Source of the DNA: Paraphysomonas bandaiensis
Taxonomy: Eukaryota; Protista; Chrysophyceae
Assembly (NCBI GenBank): GCA_965644295.1
Contig: CBFFRP010000652.1
Coordinates: forward strand, 1 to 11,215
Length of the DNA: 11,215 bases
Reading direction: 5' to 3'
Both the position numbers and the translations under genes were made by a program. Under the pieces are notes generated by a model. It was given only the letters and a program-made list of their open reading frames with translations, was not told the origin of the DNA and searched no databases. Below, piece after piece: positions 9,301-11,215 of the stretch (position 1 is its first letter; each line of letters opens with the position of its first letter).

Positions 9301-11214
9301 TGGGGTACTTGTTGGAAGACTTGTTGGTACACCAGTTGGAGATGATGTCGGAACTAATGTTGGGACCGCTGTAGGTGCTGATGTCGGAATTGATGTTGGA
9401 AATCCAGTGGGGACTACAGACGGTACTGAACTTGGTACACTGGTTGGGAATGACGTCGTATCGTCGGCACATACACCATCGACAGATCCATATGGACCAG
9501 GATGACAATCACCATTCACTATAGTAAACAACAACTGATCCTGTGCGCCACCAGACACACCGCAGAACTCCCAAGTTACATCACCACTATCATCATCACA
9601 TACACCTGTAGCACGGAAAACATATTCACCATCCTCCAAACATGAACCACATACTTCAATACTACCATTACCACCCCCGCAAAAAGGCTCCGCATATGAG
9701 TGAAGAGTAGTCCTCGTGGAGTCCGTGATGTACCAAGCAGATTGAATGTAGTCAGGCAGAGAAACATTACCATAGCTACCTTCACTCTCGGAACCAGTAT
9801 GTAACACGCTATCAAGGAAATCGTTAAAGGTTATACCCCCACCACTCAAATCGTTACACCCTTCACATGCCTCAGGGTATGACCATAGATTCTCCCACCA
9901 TACCAAATCATATGTCTCCTCCGCGCGAGAATACTCAAAAGTCATACTCGTGTTGAATCCGCCATAATACTTATCCATATACACACCGTCCTCAACTATC
10001 TGAACTGTCCAATGGATCTCCCATGGATAGGCCGGTACGTATGAATCACCGTTATCATCAACAGCATCCACTGTCATATGATATAGCTGATCGATGTTCA
10101 AATCTGAAGGATAAATACAACCCGCTATAACCTCACAGTCACAATCCAATGTGAATTCTGTCAATGCACTATCCTCATCTCGGATTTGAACCCAATAACT
10201 GAAATTTGCTCCTGACCAACCGTCACCGAACTGGTCAAGCAAGGTTACAAAAAGACAAGTACCATTGACCGTATTATTGACTATGGGATTGACTACATGA
10301 TCCGTATACAGAGTACATTCGTCATAACACATCATATCATGATCAGGATTGGGGGTACCAAGCTCAGTTGGAACAGATGTAGGCTGACCACTTGGAACCC
10401 CTGTTGGAACGGCTGTCGGTGCAGATGTCGGTACAGAGGTGGGAACTGAAGTTGGAGACGATGTCGGAACAGAAGTAGGAACACCTGTTGGCAATGATGT
10501 CGGAACAGAGGTCGGGAACGCTGTTGGTAGTGATGTTGGGGAGGAAGATGGTATCGATGTCGGCACAGCAGATGGCATTGACGTTGGTGCACTTGATGGA
10601 ACACTTGTAGGAGACGATGTTGGAACAGCTGTTGGTATTGATGTTGGCCTTCCTGTTGGTGTACTGCTAGGCTCGCCACTTGGAATGGAAGAAGGTTGCC
10701 CGCTGGGTTCCGACGACGGCAAACCCGTTGGCACACTGGTTGGAGATAATGTTGGAATAGACGTCGGTATCGCAGATGGAACAGCTGTTGGTATTGATGT
10801 TGGCCTTCCTGTTGGTGTACTGCTAGGCTCACCACTTGGAATAGAAGAAGGTTGCCCGCTGGGTTCCGACGACGGCAAACTCGTCGGCACACTGGTTGGA
10901 GATGACGTCGGAGTACCTGACGGTTGGGACGTAGGTTGTCCAGTAGGCTCAGATGTAGGAGATGATGTTGGAATAGACGTCGGTATCGCAGATGGAACAG
11001 CTGTTGGTATTGGTGTTGGCCTTCCTGTTGGTGTACTGCTAGGCTCGCCACTTGGAATGGAAGAAGGTTGCCCGCTGGGTTCCGACGACGGCAAACCCGT
11101 TGGCACACTGGTTGGAGGTGACGTCGGAGTACCTGATGGTTGGGACGTAGGTTGTCCAGTAGGCTCAGATGTAGGAGATGATGTTGGAATAGACGTCGGT
11201 ATCGCAGATGGAAC
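1..11214 (-). CDS. Giant (>3738 aa, partial at both ends) modular protein with 7 Cys-rich globular modules separated by Pro/Thr/Ser (PT-repeat, mucin-like) linkers; probable secreted or cell-surface glycoprotein
   Basis: No TTA/CTA/TCA found in plus-strand frame-1 triplets, so no minus-strand stop. Same frame at both ends (11214: VPSAIPTSIPTSSPTSEP...; position 1: ...PTSTPTGAPSSV). All repeat offsets (1776, 1059, 3435, 7203, 9075, 216, 156) are multiples of 3. Diverged module variants conserve amino-acid motifs in this frame while synonymous positions change. No intron is needed. Confidence 0.95.
385..1284 (-). other. Globular module, variant A (copy A1, 300 aa)
   Basis: Translation: GTPNPDHDMMCYDECTLYTDHVVNPIVNNTVNGTCLFVTLLDQFGDGWSGANFSYWVQIRDEDSALTEFTLDCDCEVIAGCIYPSDLNIDQLYHMTVDAVDDNGDSYVPAYPWEIHWTVQIVEDGVYMDKYYGGFNTSMTFEYSRAEETYDLVWWENLWSYPEACEGCNDLSGGGITFNDFLDSVLHTGSESEGSYGNVSLPDYIQSAWYITDSTRTTLHSYAEPFCGGGNGSIEVCGSCLEDGEYVFRATGVCDDDSGDVTWEFCGVSGGAQDQLLFTIVNGDCHPGPYGSVDGVCADD. 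Contains 15 Cys. Boundaries approximate. Confidence 0.9.
1285..2160 (-). repeat. P-[T/S]-x-x linker, 292 aa, containing one 216-bp subunit (1549-1764)
   Basis: For example PTSEPTGQPTSQPSGTPTSSPTSVPTGLPSSEPSGQPSSIPSGEPSSTPTGR; Pro at every 4th residue. Confidence 0.9.
2161..3060 (-). other. Globular module, variant A (copy A2)
   Basis: Near-identical to 385-1284 at offset 1776. One synonymous difference noticed (463 a vs 2239 g; Asp codon). Confidence 0.9.
3061..4152 (-). repeat. P-[T/S]-x-x linker, 364 aa, with ~3 tandem 216-bp subunits
   Basis: aacagctgttggt(a/g)ttgatgttggcc starts at 3325, 3541 and 3757 (third copy partial). Confidence 0.9.
4153..5025 (-). other. Globular module, variant B (291 aa): unique N-terminus, A-like middle, B-type C-terminal half
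   Basis: GTPNVSDDILCSDKCTTMSEVTNSSCLYVTMFDLFGDGWPGANFSYWVQIRSEESQAVVYSLNCNCTTMAGCIYPSDLNIDQLYH...WWENLWSYPEACEGCNGLSDNGITFDSYIGEIVVEGSSSTGSFGMSDSNDYLLSSWYVSDSTHKILFAFSDPLCGSNESYSSSCNICLPDGEYVFRSTGACDDDGDEVEWEFCGQIGSAQTEFEIFVIDGICYPGSYGTIGHVCSDA. Contains 15 Cys that align with A. Confidence 0.9.
5026..5361 (-). repeat. P-[T/S]-x-x linker, 112 aa
   Basis: 12-bp Pro periodicity; no 216-bp subunit. Confidence 0.88.
5362..6222 (-). other. Globular module, variant C (copy C1, 287 aa)
   Basis: VNITSNLTCDYEPVGNETCLYVTIADQFGDGWGDDAGLFYWVQVRDDDSNIIRETVNCNCSKLMGCVRPSDINIDQLYHFTVEAFDENGNAIVPEYFWEITWTVQIVVDGVFQEKYYGGYNTSMVFEYSRMEDTYDILWWQNLWVLPEPCVNCVDTCGSNDNSTYATYANYVKSIYDGDAEDFSSGGNSDYTRTTWYVTNASDLTSVVAYGKPFCGVDHMYAPDSCLSCLPDGDYIFRQTGAHDPENMLWEFCDVSGDKQDELQFIIIDGVCYPGAYGPVEQVCNGG. 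Contains 14 Cys and is clearly homologous to A and B. Confidence 0.9.
6223..6420 (-). repeat. P-[T/S]-x-x linker, 66 aa (shortest)
   Basis: 12-bp Pro periodicity between the two C modules. Confidence 0.88.
6421..7281 (-). other. Globular module, variant C (copy C2)
   Basis: Near-identical to 5362-6222 at offset 1059. One Ile/Val difference noticed (caactatttg vs caactacttg). Confidence 0.9.
7282..7587 (-). repeat. P-[T/S]-x-x linker, 102 aa
   Basis: 12-bp Pro periodicity. Confidence 0.88.
7588..8487 (-). other. Globular module, chimeric A(N-half)/B(C-half), 300 aa
   Basis: 7588-~7990 matches B (4153-~4555, offset 3435). ~8017-8487 matches A (offset 7203), including A-specific alleles ccatagattc and ccgcgcgaga. 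Confidence 0.88.
8488..9459 (-). repeat. P-[T/S]-x-x linker, 324 aa, with ~2 tandem 216-bp subunits
   Basis: Subunit starts at 8752 and 8968 (second copy partial), followed by a unique stretch at ~9160-9280. Confidence 0.9.
9460..10359 (-). other. Globular module, variant A (copy A3)
   Basis: Near-identical to 385-1284 at offset 9075. Confidence 0.9.
10360..11214 (-). repeat. P-[T/S]-x-x linker, 285 aa visible, with three 216-bp-family subunits, one internally deleted by 60 bp
   Basis: Subunit starts at 10624, 10780 (spacing 156) and 10996 (spacing 216). Confidence 0.9.
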
Positions 11215-11215
11215 C

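Noticed and set aside
1610-9505. Plus-strand Gly/Val/Asp-rich ORFs (1610-1948, 3386-4051, 5000-5248, 8567-9505; VGTDVG repeats)
   Set aside because: Antisense shadows of the Pro/Thr/Ser linkers. They are confined to linkers, and equivalent copies are interrupted by stops at inconsistent places.
101-9815. Short repeated ORFs (MSSWSIWIC..., MIACYILVP..., MVYATERF..., MCCYRSTH..., MYPVKQAG..., MSILVRRR...)
   Set aside because: Off-frame or antisense overlaps of the modules. They recur only because the DNA is duplicated and are not preserved between diverged variants A, B and C.
1257-11108. Minus-strand Leu/Gln/His/Arg-rich ORFs (1257-2033, 3033-3953, 5010-5369, 6219-6428, 7278-7643, 8460-9332, 10332-11108)
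   Set aside because: Alternative-frame readings of the same linkers. They end on entering the modules and show no independent conservation.
1-11215. CRISPR array, transposon or LTR interpretation of the repeats
   Set aside because: No constant repeat with unique spacers, no terminal inverted repeats and no transposase or RT motifs. All repeats are in-frame coding units.
1-11215. Spliceosomal introns
   Set aside because: The frame is continuous and every segment is explained as module or linker coding sequence, so no intron is needed. In-frame alternative splicing cannot be excluded without RNA data.

Overview
The whole window is an internal part of one giant minus-strand coding sequence that the supplied ORF track misses, because neither its start nor its stop lies in the window. 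Reading the reverse complement of plus-strand triplets 1-3, 4-6 ... 11212-11214, I found no stop codon (3738 codons; unique segments translated by hand, repeat copies checked by offsets divisible by 3). The protein has a beads-on-a-string layout. Seven copies of a 287-300 aa Cys/Trp/Asp-rich globular module that I cannot assign to a named family alternate with eight mucin-like linkers made of strict P-[T/S]-x-x tetrapeptides. N-to-C order is linker-A-linker-A/B chimera-linker-C-linker-C-linker-B-linker-A-linker-A-linker. The DNA shows nested repeats (12, 216, 1059 and 1776 bp), half-module swapping and patchy homogenisation. It most resembles a secreted or cell-surface glycoprotein of a microbial eukaryote, possibly a stramenopile (inference). 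All ORFs in the supplied track appear to be off-frame or antisense shadows of this gene.
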